Below are positions 12,301 through 25,000 of a stretch of 64,000 nucleotides of DNA, piece after piece (position 1 is the first letter of the stretch; every line of letters begins with the position of its first letter). The DNA lies in contig NC_091993.1 in the NCBI RefSeq assembly GCF_044704955.1, positions 117,552,001-117,616,000 on the forward strand. The letters run 5' to 3'. The notes under the pieces were generated by a model. That model did not search any database. It saw nothing but the letters and a program-made list of their open reading frames with translations, and was not told the DNA's origin. The position numbers and the translations under genes were made by a program. This DNA is from Pristiophorus japonicus (lineage: Eukaryota).

Positions 12301-13907
12301 TATATCCGGAAGGTTGTTTGTGTCCTCCTCAGTGAATACCGAACCAAAGTACTTGTTCAATTGGTCCGCCATTTCTTTGTTCCCCGTTATGACTTCCCCT
12401 GATTCTGACTGCAGGGGACCCACGTTTGTCTTTACTAACATTTTTCTCTTTACATATCTATAGAAACTTTTGCAATCCGTCTTAATGTTCCCTGCAAGCT
12501 TCTTCTCGTACTCCATTTTCCCTGCCCTAATCAAACCCTTTGTCCTCCTCTGCTGAGTTCTAAATTTCTCCCAGTCCCCGGGTTCTCTGCTATTTCTGGC
12601 CAATTTGTATGCCACTTCCTTGGCTTTAATGCTATCCCTGATTTCCCTTGATAGCCACGGTTGAGTCACCTTCCCTTTTTTATTTTTACGACAGACAGGA
12701 ATGTACAATTGTTGTAGTTCATCCATGCGGTCTCTAAATGTCTGCCATTGCCCATCCACAGTCAACCCCTTCAGTATCATTCGTCAATCTATCCTAGCCA
12801 ATTGACGCCTCATACCTTCAAAGTTACCCTTCTTTAAGTTCTGGACCATGGTCTCTGAATTAACTGTTTCATTCTCCATCCTAATGCAGAATTCCACCAT
12901 ATTATGGTCACTCTTCCCCAAGGGGCCTCGCACAACGAGATTGCTAATTAATCCTCTCTCATTACACAACACCCAGTCTAAGATGGCCTCCCCCCTAGTT
13001 GGTTCCTCGACATATTGGTCTAAAAAACCATCCCTTATGCACTCCAGGAAATCCTCCTCTACCGTATTGCTTCCAGTTTGGTTAACCCAATCTATGTGCA
13101 TATTAAAGTCACCCATTATAACTGATGCACCTTTATTGCACGCACCCCTAATTTCATGTTTGATGCCCTCCCCAACATCACTACTACTGTTTGGAGGTCT
13201 GTACACAACTCCCACTAACGTTTTTTGTCCTTTGGTATTCTGCAGCTCTACCCATATAGATTCCACATCATCCAAGCTAATGTCCTTCCGAACTATTGCC
13301 TTAATTTGCTCCTTAACCAGCAATGCTACCCCACCTCCTTTTCCTTTTATTCTATCTTTCCTGAATGTTGAATATCCCTGGATGTTAAGTTCCCAGCCCT
13401 GATCATCCTGGAGCCACATCTCCGTAATCCCAATCACATCATATTTGTTAACATCTATTTGCACAGTTAATTCATCCACTTTATTGCGGATACTCCTTGC
13501 ATTAAGACACAAAGCCTTCAGGCTTGTTCTTTTAACACCCTTTGTCCTTTTAGAATTTTGCTGTACAGTGGCCCTTTTTTTCGGTTCTTCAGTGTTCTTC
13601 ACTCCCACCAAAATTTTGCATAAAAACAACGCCGTCTTTCTGCGCCGATATTTTGATGTGAGCTGGTTTTTCTTAAGTCACCAGAATGTTTTTCGGGAGT
13701 GGTCACATCCGCCAAACGAGGAGAAATTTAAATTGGCCAAACTTACATAATTGTGAAAAACTGGCGCAGACATCAGGTTACACACAAAAAAAACTAACCG
13801 AAAAAAATTGCAACTGAGTTACGCTGGCGCACGTTGATCGGGGAAACTTGTATTTTTTAAACTTAGGCCAGAAAAAACGGCACAAATCACTGAGGAAATT
13901 TGAGCCC
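9334..13907 (-). mobile_element. Degenerate Harbinger transposon (HARBI1-type DDE transposase at ~9334-10150), interrupted by a CR1
   Basis: VQGCIDCTHI...YRNRNSFHSINVQLVCD...VDARYPGSTHDAFI...LGDKGY, with frameshifts; TIR-like end GGAAATTTGAGCCC at ~13894-13907. Confidence 0.8.
10625..13579 (-). mobile_element. Young 5'-truncated CR1 LINE with near-intact ORF2 (APE endonuclease + RT) and one nonsense codon
   Basis: ORFs 12784-13629 and 10714-12780 are in the same frame, separated by TGA at 12784-12786 (TGG in the sister copy at ~34923). Motifs LNARSIRNK, MGDFN, SDH, QGSVLGP, FADD; 3' tail present. Confidence 0.95.
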
Positions 13908-15193
13908 ATATATTCCGGTGGACCAAACCTAAATGGCTGGATTTAGAAATTGCTGAAGAGGGATGTGAGTGCTAGATTTACAATCCAGCATTGTCCCTTG
14001 CCCCCCCTCCTTGAATATTTTCATCGCCACAAGTTACTGGCTGATTTAAACATTAATAAAGGCCTGCGTTGTTTGCACATCGTTATTTTGTCCGCATGTT
14101 CTGAGCTGCTCTATTTGTCTGCAATATTACAGGAAATAAGACATGTCAGGGTGATTCAATAGCAAGCATAACCTGCTTGCACGCACCTCCCAAGATGTTA
14201 ACAACCATATCTGCAGGCATTGGAACATCCTCCTGGCAGCAATTGTCTGCAGTTCATCAAAGGGACAGGTGTAGAGCTGTGCCTTCTGCTGCAAGGACAT
14301 CTGCAGCTAATGTGCAGCATAAAGCTGGCACAGCCAGTGACAGTAATAATAATAACTTTTAATAATAACTTTTATTTATACAGCACCGTCAACGTAGTAA
14401 AACGTCCCAAGGCTCTTCAGAACAATTTTACAACTCGTTAAATATTGACCATTGAGGGAAAGAGAGAAAAAGCGTGAGAAGGAAGCGTAAAAAGAGGTTA
14501 AAGGCTCGGGTCTGAAGCGGCAGCCAAAATGTGCACGCAGATAGACACAGGCGGAAAAATGAAAAAAAAATTCAAATTACATTGTCAATAATACAATAAG
14601 GAGTATACAATAGTAAAATTAGTATAATAAAGATTAATTATAATCAAACAAAATTAAATAATATATAACATAATTATAAATTGTTAAAAGCAGAAAATCA
14701 GCAATTGAAGCAAATTAAATCAGTTATTAGCTGTCTTTAAGGTTCATTCCCTGAATGGCCAGCTATGATCCCAATTCTGGAGGAACATGACGGGTGGAAT
14801 TGTCTGAGAGCCCATGCCACCATCCATTAATGTTAATAAACAGGATATTGTGGCTGGTGCACCCTGTGGTATTCAAGGTCCTGCTGGTGGTTTGGGGGCA
14901 GCTGCCCATTAAGCACAACTCCTGGGAAGGACTTGGATGGAAATCCCAGGGTCATGCTCATCTACATATTGTGGGCAGTTCCCTGGACCAATCCACGGCA
15001 AATGGGACGTATATCCTACTGGGGGGAGGAATATTGAAGCAAATGTTTGCCACAGAGAAACGGACATATAGAAAGCGGCTGAGTGCATGTCTACCAGGAT
15101 GTGGTTCTGACACAGACATATCACTTCACAGGGTCTCCGACTGCTTGGCCAGATATTCTTCATGCTGTTAATAAGCACTGCATTAACTACTTC

Positions 15194-15540
15194 ATCGCTT
15201 CTCGGCCTTTTGGCTAAGATCTGCATAACTAACCTGACCAGCCACCATGACCTCAGGGTGGTTTCTCCCTGGTCAGGAAGGTATATGCTTACATTTTTGT
15301 AAACAGGAGGTGGGTGGGATGGCTTGACCCATCCACCTCCACGGAGGTGTGTGGGGGACCTGACCCATCCACCTCCATGGCACGAACCTGGTATTGCAGT
15401 ACTTCCAGGAATGGTGCAGTGGCTCTAGGCCTTTTGGCTAAGAGCATTGGCGCAGAGTGATCCTTGACTGGTGCAGGGTGACCTCTGGCGTTTGTGACTT
15501 GACAAAGAATTGGAAACGATTGGCTACGAATTTAAAAAAA
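15194..15540 (+). mobile_element. U2 snRNA-derived retroposon (candidate SINE or retrocopy of a U2-variant RNA)
   Basis: Begins with U2 nt 1-28 (ATCGCTTCTCGGCCTTTTGGCTAAGATC). Has an Sm-like ATTTTTG (15293-15299), two stem-loop III-like hairpins, stem-loop IV CCTGGTATTGCAGTACTTCCAGG and an A tail. Flanked by the direct repeat AACTACTTC (15185-15193 and 15541-15549). Confidence 0.88.
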
Positions 15541-15604
15541 AACTACTTCATCTGTCAATCTAATTTACATACCCAGCACTCTGTGGGAAGAGGCGGTGAT
15601 TGAA

Positions 15605-15743
15605 TTTTCCTTGTGTTCGAGCTCTCCCCACAATTCCCTGTGTTCTAGCTCACCACACAATTCCCTGTGTTCTAGCTCTCCCCACAATTCCCTGTGTTCT
15701 AGCTCTCCCCACAATTCCTTATGTTCTAGCTCACCACACAATT
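15605..15743. repeat. 27-bp minisatellite, ~5 units (ACAATTCCCTGTGTTCTAGCTC + TCCCC or ACCAC)
   Basis: Directly visible tandem units; they generate the repeated TIPCVLA peptide in the spurious ORF 15600-15866. Confidence 0.85.
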
Positions 15744-15900
15744 CAGCATAAACTCCTCGCTTGGGTCGCCATTATCCATTCCTCCTTACATTTTAACTCT
15801 CTTGTTTCCAGAATGTTCTATCCTTTGACAACAATTAGATTAGTTCAGTTTGTTAAATATAACTGAGACTATTTCAAGGTCCTGGAGATTAGATCTCCAT

Positions 15901-15935
15901 CAGCTGGCATTTGTGGTTTCATGACCTGTTTCCTG
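15901..15935 (+). promoter_or_regulatory. Putative proximal promoter cluster: E-box CAGCTG, RUNX TGTGGTT, ETS core (CAGGAAA on - strand)
   Basis: Three motifs within 35 bp, about 115-150 bp upstream of the ATG. The combination is typical of haematopoietic promoters, but the motifs are short. Confidence 0.4.
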
Positions 15936-16051
15936 CTAACTACTTTCTCATTTAAATTCCTCCTATCATGTATGTTAGATTTATTTCGATGTGAGAGCTA
16001 AGAGCTGGGTGACTGGCGACAAGTGCTGACCTGAACTTTGCAAAGAAAACG

Positions 16052-16088
16052 ATGTGGATTCTGATTCTTCTCATGTGTTCCCGGCCCG
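16052..16088 (+). CDS. Exon 1: signal peptide [12 protein letters not shown] (phase 1)
   Basis: ATG in AACGATGT context, hydrophobic stretch, strong donor G|GTGAGT at 16089. Joins exon 2 in frame to give ...RPVSGA-LWA, a plausible cleavage site. Confidence 0.85.
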
Positions 16089-19000
16089 GTGAGTGACATT
16101 CAGAGCGGGATATTCAGATAATCAGTGTTAGTTTGAGTCTAGTGTACGGTTCATGCAGCAGCGATGTTTAAATACTTGTAGACATGTAAAGGCACAAGAT
16201 ACTCAGCAAAAATATACAATGTATAATATTTGTGTGAAGTCTTGTAATCTCTTTTTGACTGCACTATATTGTACCACACACATATTTACCAATATATACT
16301 AAACTGCATTATTTATTGTGAATGGAAAATAAAGGGTGCATTTAATTTTTTTTAAAGCTACACGAGTAACATAATCAAGATGCAAAGGACACCCATTTTA
16401 ATCTGTAAAAAGTGATTTTTACTGTAGTCTGATGTCCAATATACACTGAAGACTGCAGTGGTAATAATCCCTCACACAGAACATGTCTGGAGCTTGCAAT
16501 TGTTTCTGTTATTTAAAGTACAGCTGATGAAGTATTGCTTTATGAGGCTCTGTCAGTGACACTGTTTCTCACTGCTAGAGGCTGGGTCTATATTAAGCAA
16601 CCATTTCCTTCTCACTCTTTAACTCGAAACAAGTAAATTTAGCTTTTTCACTCCCGCCCCATATTAACCTAACGGTATTATGCTATAATGGAAGATTGGA
16701 TTAATACTGCCACCTCTCCTCCATTTATGACGAATCTTTATTCCCAGCAATGCTGAACTCCCAGTCTCACCCTACCCTAAGCCACGACAGTTAATTCTAT
16801 TGCATCAAACCTCCCCATGAAGATTTGTGTCTCCAGCTTACCAATTTTACGCAGAATACTTTATGAACTTCTGTACATGCAACTGACGCGAGCCTCTGTC
16901 TGTTTGGCATCTTCCTCTTTTCAGTCCTTCCTCCTTCTGATCTGATCTCATTTACCTCCCCGATTCCACCTTTTATCTTTCCTATCTCCTTTTCCCTATC
17001 AACTCTTCTCTCTGCCTCTTCACATTTTTAACCTCCCTCCGCCATTTTAGTGTAAACTCTTTTCCCACAGCACGAGCTGCTCTCCCAGCAAGGCCATTGG
17101 TCTAATAACTGTTCAACTAAAGTCCCCCCGTCCTTAACAGGCCGCTCCTCTTCCAGAACTGGCCCCAATGTGCCAGGAATCTGAACCCTTTTCTTCCAAA
17201 CCATCTCTCTAGACAAAGAATCATGTCCTTTATCTCATTATTTTCTCTCTCTCCTCGCTCCCCCCCCCGCCCCACCACTATTCTCTCTCCCCACGATGTC
17301 TCTCTCTCTCACTCTCCCTTCTCTCACTCTCCCCACTCTCCCTCCGTTCCCCACTATCTCTCGCTCTCTCACCCCTCCCCCACTCTCTCTCTCTCAACCC
17401 CACCCTTCTTCTCTTTCTCCCTTCCACCCTCTCCTCTTTCTCTCTCCTCCCCGTCTCTCTCTCTCCCCCTTAGTCTCTCTCTGTCTTCCCCTGTCTCTCG
17501 TTTGCCCTATCTCTCTGTCTCTGTCTCACCCGTCCCTCTCTCTCTCCCCCCCACCCCGTCTCTCTCCACCTCATCCCTCCCGCTTCTCGCTCTCTCTCCC
17601 CAGTCTCTCTCTCTCTCTCACTCTGCCATCCTCCCTCATCTCTCTCTCTCCCTCTCTCTCTCCCCTCCCTTCTTCACTCAGTCTCTGCCTCTCATCTCTC
17701 TCTCCCCCTTCTCCACTCTCTCCCACCAGTCGCTCTCTTGCCCTGTCTCTCTCTTACCCCCATCTCATTCTCTCTTCGCCCCCCCCCCATCATTCGCTCT
17801 CTTCTCCCCCCATCTCTCTCTCTCTCACTAACCCGTCTCTCTCTCTCCCCGCCCTATTCTCCACCCCCGTATCTCTCTCTGTTTGCCCTCAATTTCTCTC
17901 TCCCCCCCCTTTCATCTCTCTGTCCGTCCCTCTCAATCTCGCTCCCCTGCCCCTCCTCTCTCTCTCCCCCTTCCTCCTCTCATCTCTCTTTCTGCCCAAT
18001 CTCCCCCCTCCCTCTGCCTCTTTCTCTCTCTTCTCCCCCTCCTCTCTCACTCTCTCTCCCTCCCTCTACTGTCCCTGTTCCCCATTTCTCTGTCTCTCTC
18101 CCCCCCTCTCTCTCTCTTCCACCCCTCTCTTATCTCTCTCAGCCCATGGCTCTATCTCTCCCATCTCTCACCCCCCTTTTCTCTCTCCCCTCTCCTCTTT
18201 CTCTCACCACCCCCCCCCCAAGTCTTGCTCCTCCCAGTCTCTCTGTCCCTCCTTCCAGTCTCTCTCTTCCCCACCCCACCGTCTCTCTCTTTCACCCCCC
18301 TTCTCCCTCTCTATCTTTCTCCCCCATCTTTCTCTCTTCCCCCCCATCTTTCTCTCTTCCCCATCTCTCTCTCCCCCCCATGTCTTTCTCTCTCTCTTAC
18401 CCCCCCACTTTTCGCTTCCCCATCTCTCTCTTCCTCCCTGACTCTCTCTCTCTCTCTCTCACGCCACTCCACCCCCCCATCCCCCATCCCCTAGTCTCTC
18501 TCTCTTTCCCTGCTCCCAGTCTCTCTCTCCCCGCTCGCGTATCTCTCTCTTCCACACCCCCCTTTCCTTTTTCTCGACCCCCCCCTCTCTCCTCTCTCTC
18601 TCTTGCCCCTCCCCTCACGCCAACCCCCCACACCGGTCTCTCTCTCTCTGTGCCCCCAGTCTCTCTCTCCACGCTCGCATATCTCTCTCTCGGCCCCTTT
18701 CATTTTTCTCAACCACCCCCCCTCGCTCTTCCCCTACCCCCACTCCGCCCATCTCTCTCTCTCTCCTCCTTCCCTTCTCTCTCCCCCTTCCCTTCTCCCT
18801 CTCTCTCTCTCCCTCACCCCAGTCTCTCTCGTCCATGGGTTTCTCTCTTTCTTCTCCCCCGTCTCTTTCTTTCCCCCCATCTCTCTCTCTTCCCCCTCCC
18901 CCTGTCTCTCTCTCTCTCTTCCCCCGTCTCTCTCTCTCTCTTAGACCCCCGTCTCTCTCTCACTCGATCCCCCCCAGTCCCTCTCTCTCCCGTGTCTCTC

Positions 19001-22000
19001 TCTTCACCCCATCTTTCTCTCCCACCCGCCACCCCCCCGTCTTTCTCTTCCCCGCCCGCCGCCCCCCCGCCGGTCTCCCTCTCCCTCTGTCCCCAGTCTC
19101 TCTCTCCCTGCTCTCATATTTCTCTCTCCCTCCCTTTCATTTTACTCGACCCTCTCCCCCCGAAGTGTCTTGCTCCCCCCCAGTCTCTCTATCTCTCTTC
19201 CCCCCCATCTCCCTCTCCCCATCATCTCTTTGTCTCTCCCCCACATCTCTCTCTGTCTCTCTCCCCCTTCTCCTCTCTCTCTTCCCCATTTATCTATCTG
19301 TCCCCGCAGACTCTACCAACCCCTCATGTCTCTCTCCCCCAACACCCCCCCACTGAGGTGAATGATCAGCCATGATCTTATTGAATGGTGGTGCAGGCTC
19401 GAAGGGCCGAATGGCCTACTCCTGCACCTATTTTCTTTGTTTCTATGTTTCCACTCTCTTTCTCCGCCCCCCACCTCCCTCCCCCCACATCTCACTGTCT
19501 CTGATCCGTGTGTCTCTGGCTCTTCCCGCTTCTCCACACTCTCTCCCCACATTCTCCTCTCTCCCCCCGTGTCTCTCTCTCTAACTTGCCTCCATGTCTC
19601 TCTTCTCACCGTCTATCTCTTCCGCCCCCCCCGCCCCGTCTCTCTCTCAATTCCAACCCCCCGGAACTCTCTCTCTTCCCCCCTCCCCTGTCTATCTCTA
19701 TCTCATCCCCACCCAGTCTCTCTGTTCCCCGCCTGCCCTCGCTCACCCCCCGCTCTTTCTCTTCCCCCTCTCATCTCTCTCTCCACCCTCTCCCCCCGAC
19801 TCCCTCTCTCTCTCTCTACCACTCCTTTCTCACTCTCTCTCCCTTCATCTACTCTTTCTGTCCACCCTGCTTCTCTGTCTCTCTCTCCCCCCTCCTCTCT
19901 CTCTCTCCCCCCCTCTCTTATTTCCCACCTCTCCCTTTGTGTGTCTCTCTCACCCTTCTCTCTCCCCCCTTTCCTCTTTCTCTCCCCTACCCATATCTTT
20001 CTCCACCATCTCTCTCTCTCTCTTCCCGTCTCTCTCTCCCCCTTGTCTCTCTCCCCTGTCTCTCTCTCTCTCACTCTCGCACCCCCCCGTGACTCCCTCT
20101 CTCTCCCCCTCTCCTATCTCTCTCCCCCTTTCTCTCTTGCCCCTCTCCTCTTTCTTTCTCCCCGCCACCCCGTGTCTTGCACCCCCCAATCTCTCTATCT
20201 CTCTCTTCCCCCATCTCTCTGCCCCATGTCTCTCTCTCTCTCCCTTGTCTCTCTATCACGCCCCCGAATCTCTCTCTTCCCCCCCACCCCGTGTCTCACT
20301 TGTTCTCTTCCCCCCATCTTTCCCTTTTCCCCACATCTCTCTCTTTCCCCCGTGTCTCTTGCTCTCTTGCCCCCCGCCCAACCTGGTGTCTCCCCTCTCA
20401 TATCTCGTTCACACTCACCCCCTCTCACCTATCTCTCTCCCCCCTTTCATTTCTCTCTCCCCCCTTCTCTCTCTCTCTCTCTCTCTCTCTCCCACCCGTC
20501 TCCCTCTCTCCTGCCCGTCTCTCACTCTCTCTCCCCCCTCCCCTTCTCTCTCTCTCTCGACCCAGTCTCTCTGTCTCGCCACCGTGTTTCTCTCTCTCGT
20601 CCCCCCTCGTCTCTCACTCTCTCTTCCCCCCCATCTCTCTCTCACCCCCCCACCTGTCTATCTCTCTCTCAAACCCCCTCTCCGTCTCTCTCTCTTTCTC
20701 TCTCTCCCATCCCCCGTCTCCCTCTCTCTCTCTCCGCTCCTCCCCTCTATCTCCCCTCTCTCCCCCATCTGCCATTTCTCTCTCTCCCCCCTCTCTTCTC
20801 TCCCGCCACCCCCCACCCCCCAGCCACCCCCCCACCCCCGTCTCTCTCTCTCTCTCTCCCTGTAATGTATATAATGACTCAAAATACTTGTTACTGTAAA
20901 CTCACTCAGGTACAAACCTGGTTCAACTTTATTCACAGCCAAAGTGCCACATGACATGATACTCGCTCTTATGTACCAGGGCCCATGCGCACGCGCACAC
21001 AGCCCGATGACCTCCAACAGTGGCACCCCCTGGTGTCTGGTGACCCCAAGTGTCAATACGTAACAACATCCCCTTCAAGATCTTAGTATCAGTCTCTTTA
21101 CAAATTAAGATGGACTGGGGCTCTTCGCTCATGAGTTGATCGCCTCAGTTCAACTCCAGTTCTGGGCAAGCGTTCTGAGACAGTTATGACTGGAGGCTGA
21201 GTAACTAATCTGATGGGAGCGGTAATGACCCTATCAGAGACTGAAAGTCCAGATTCAGTAATGACAGTAGAGACTTCTGATAAATGAATATTGGTTGGTT
21301 GCTCACTGACTGCATCTTCCTCAACTGGTTCCGGTTCATTCGTGTGCCGCAGTTTTATCTGATCAACATGTTTCCTGCATGTTTGCCCATTCTTGAGCAT
21401 GAAATAAACACTCTGTTACCCTCCTTGGCCGTAACAGTACCGGTGATCCATTTTGGACCATGACCATAATTCAGCACATCAACTGGATCGTTGACAGAGA
21501 TGCCATGTGACACAGCAGCAAGGTCATGATACCATTGCTGATTTTGCCGTCTATTTTCAACATGATCATTCAAATCAGGATGGACAAGAGAAAGCTTGGT
21601 CTTGAGACTTCTCTTCATCAGTAGTTCAGCATGTGAGGTAAGCGCGTGAGGTCTTGTCCTGTAACTAAGCAATATACGTGACAAATGAGTCTGCAGTGAA
21701 TCCTGAGTCACACATTTCATGCTTTGCTTGACCGTTTGAACCGCACGCTCTGCTCGACCATTAGACGAAGGTTTGAATGGAGCAGACCTTTCATGTCTGA
21801 TACCATTGAGTTTCATGAACTCCTGAAACTCAAGACGTGTGAAGCGAGATCCGTTATCGCTCACAACAATGTCAGGCAAACCATGAATAGCAAACATGAC
21901 ACAAAGGCTCTCAATAGTAGCTGTGGACATACTGGATGACATGATAATACACTCTATCCACTTCGAATATGCATCCACCAGAACAAAAATCATCTTTCCC

Positions 22001-25000
22001 TGGAAAGGGTCCGCAAAATCGATGTGTATCCTCGACCATGGTTTAAGTACTGCTGGTACTTTACTTAGCTGCATGCATGTATTGCACTGATGCACACATG
22101 ATTCCAGATCAGAGTCAATTCCAGGCCACCAAACATGAGCCCTGGCAATGGCTTTCATCATGACTATGTAGTTCATGTACAAATTTTTCTCTGCCTTTCT
22201 TAGGCATAACAACACGATTGCCCCACAGTAGACAATCTGACTGAATGGATAGTTCACCTTTGCGACGGTTGTAAGGTTTGGTCTCATCACACATTTCCAT
22301 AGGTATTGCAGACCAATCACCATTGAGGACACAATGTTTCACAACCAATAAAATAGGATCATGGCTGGTCCAGATCCTCACTTGTTGAGCAGTGACAGGA
22401 GTTCCTTCACTCTCAAAAGCATCCATTACCAACAGGAGATCTGCAGGTTGAGGCGTCTCCACTTGAAGTGTGAGCAACAGCAGACGACTCAGTGTATCGG
22501 CACAGTTCTCAGTGCCAGGTCTATGATGAATAACATAATCATAGGCAGACAATGTCAACGCCCACCTCTGGGTACAGGACGATGCATTGGTGTTAATACA
22601 TTTGTTTTCCGAAAACAATGAAATGAGTGGCTTGTGATCCGTTTTGAGTTCAAAACGAAGACCAAGCAGGTACTGATACATCTTTTTGACCCCATACACA
22701 CAGGCCAAATCTTTTTCTACCATGCAGTAAGCTCTTTCTGCCTTTGACAAACTTTTTGAAGCATACACAACAGGTTGTAGCTTACCTGATTCATTTGCTT
22801 TTTGTAGTACACAGCCAACCCCATATGATAAAGCATCACCGGCCAATACAAGACGCTTACACGGATCATAGTGAACAAGCAGCTTGTTCGAACAGAGCAA
22901 ATTCTTGGCTTTCTCAAAAGCTCTATCTTGAGATACACCCCAGGCCCAGTTGTTGCCTTTTCTGAGCAGTATGTGCAGTGGCTCTAATAAAGTGCTCAAT
23001 CTGGGTAAGAAATTACCGAAGTAGTTGAGTAGTCCAAGGAATGAACGCAGCTCTGTCACATTCTGAGGTCTGGGTGCATTTTTGATGGCCTTGGTTTTCG
23101 AATCAGTAGGTCTGATGCCATCAGCAGCAATTTTCCTCCCCAGGAATTCAACTTCAGGTGCCATGAAGACACACTTTGAACGTTTCAGCCTGAGTGCCAC
23201 TTTGTCCAGACGATGTAGGGCTTCTTCAAGATTGTTCAGATGTTCAGCAGTGTCGCAACCCATGACCAGAATGTCATCTTGAAACACGACGGTTCTAGGA
23301 ATGGACTTCAGTAGACTCTCCATGTTCCTCTGAAATATGGTTGCAGCCGAACGGATTGCAAAAGGACACCTGTTTTAGACAACAAGTCCTTCATGGGTGT
23401 TGATGCAGATGATGCAGTTTCTTTGAAGTGTCGACAAGCTCCTGCGTCATATAGGCCGGCATCAGATCCAGTTTCGTGAATGACTTTCCACCAGCTAGCG
23501 TGGCGAACAGGTCATCAGCCTTTGGTAGCGGATACTGATCCTGTTTCGGAAATTTGTTAATCGTAACCTTGTAGTCTCCACAGATCCTGACAGTGCCATC
23601 ACTCTTTAACACAGGAACAATAGGATTGGCCCATTCGTTAAATTCGACCTGCGATATGACCCCTTCATGTTGGAGTCTGTTAAGCTCAATTTCGACCTTC
23701 CCCCTCATCATGTACAGAACAGACTGAGCTTTATGATAGACAGGTCTTGCATCAGAATCCAGGTGAATCTGCACCTTGGCTCCAGTAAAATTGCCAATGC
23801 CCTGTTCAAACAAAGAAGGAAACCTCTTCAGCACTTGAGCACACCAAGTGTCATCCACACTTTGATATCATTCCAGTTCCACTTGATTTTCTCGAGCCAA
23901 ATTCTGCCGAACAGCGTTGGACCATTGTCTGGGACGATCCATAATGGTAAGTCGTGAACCACACCATCATACGACACCTTGACTATGCACTGCATATGAG
24001 TTCCTTAGTGCAGGTACGCAACTTGGCATTGACTGGACTCAGCTTAGGCTTCACAGCCTCGGTGCCCCACAGCTTGTCGAATGTTCTTTGGCTCATTATC
24101 GACTGACTCGCACCCATGTCCAGCTCCATTGCTACAGGCACGCCATTAGCTTAACATTAACGATTATCGGCTGGCTCTTTCCCAAGGATGAAAACAGACC
24201 ATACACCTCCTCCTCGGCTTGTGTATCCGAACCAGCACTGGACTGGTCATCATCAGCAATGTGATTAGCGGCACCACGTCTGCTTAGTTCTCTGAAGATG
24301 CCCCATTTTTGAACAGCCTTTCCAGATGTACTGTTTAAACTGACACTGATGAGGCCGATGATTGCCCCCACAACGCCAACAGGGTGAAATCGGATTCGTA
24401 CCAGTTGGCTGACTTTGAGCAGCTACAGGTTTCACATAAGCAGTCGAATAGGCCCTGCCATAAGCAGCTCTGTCAGACGACGACACAATCTTGTTTACAG
24501 TACTTGCCGTGGAGCTCCAACTCTTCAATGATATCTGCCTTAAATTATCATCAGTTGCCATTCATGCCTGGGCAGTCGTGATGGCCTTGCTCAAATCCAG
24601 CGTTTCTGCAGCCAATATTTTCCGAAGGATCACACCATGGTTGATGCCTATCACAAAGAAATCTCACAGCTTGTTTTCCAACGCGTTTCCGAATTTACAC
24701 GCCTCAGCGAGATGTCTTAGATTGGCGACGAATCCCGACACATCCAGACCCTCATCACGAACATGTGGGTAGAAGCGATAGCGTGAGATGATGATCCCCT
24801 CTTTTGGCTTTAGATGTTCACACACCAGAGCGCACAAATCCCCATACTCTTTGTCCGTTGGACGTGCAGGCGAGAAGATTCTTTGAGGTCATAAATTTTT
24901 GGACCACAAACGGTGAGGAAAACCGCCCTGCGCCTAACTGCGTCACCAGCTTCCTCCATTTTGTTGGCCACGAAATACTGATCCAGGCAGTCGATAGAAT

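Noticed and set aside
10688-13750. + strand ORFs overlapping the CR1 (and equivalents at 33239-35028)
   Set aside because: Antisense shadows of the LINE ORF2.
15194-15418. Functional U2 snRNA gene
   Set aside because: The branch-point-recognition sequence and stems IIa/IIb are missing, and the unit has an A tail and TSD.
15194-15540. U2 gene disrupted by a U2-targeting LINE (Keno/Utopia type)
   Set aside because: No LINE coding sequence lies inside, U2 similarity resumes at the Sm site, and the TSD surrounds the whole unit.
15605-15743. CRISPR-like array
   Set aside because: Head-to-tail minisatellite without unique spacers, in a vertebrate context with no cas genes.
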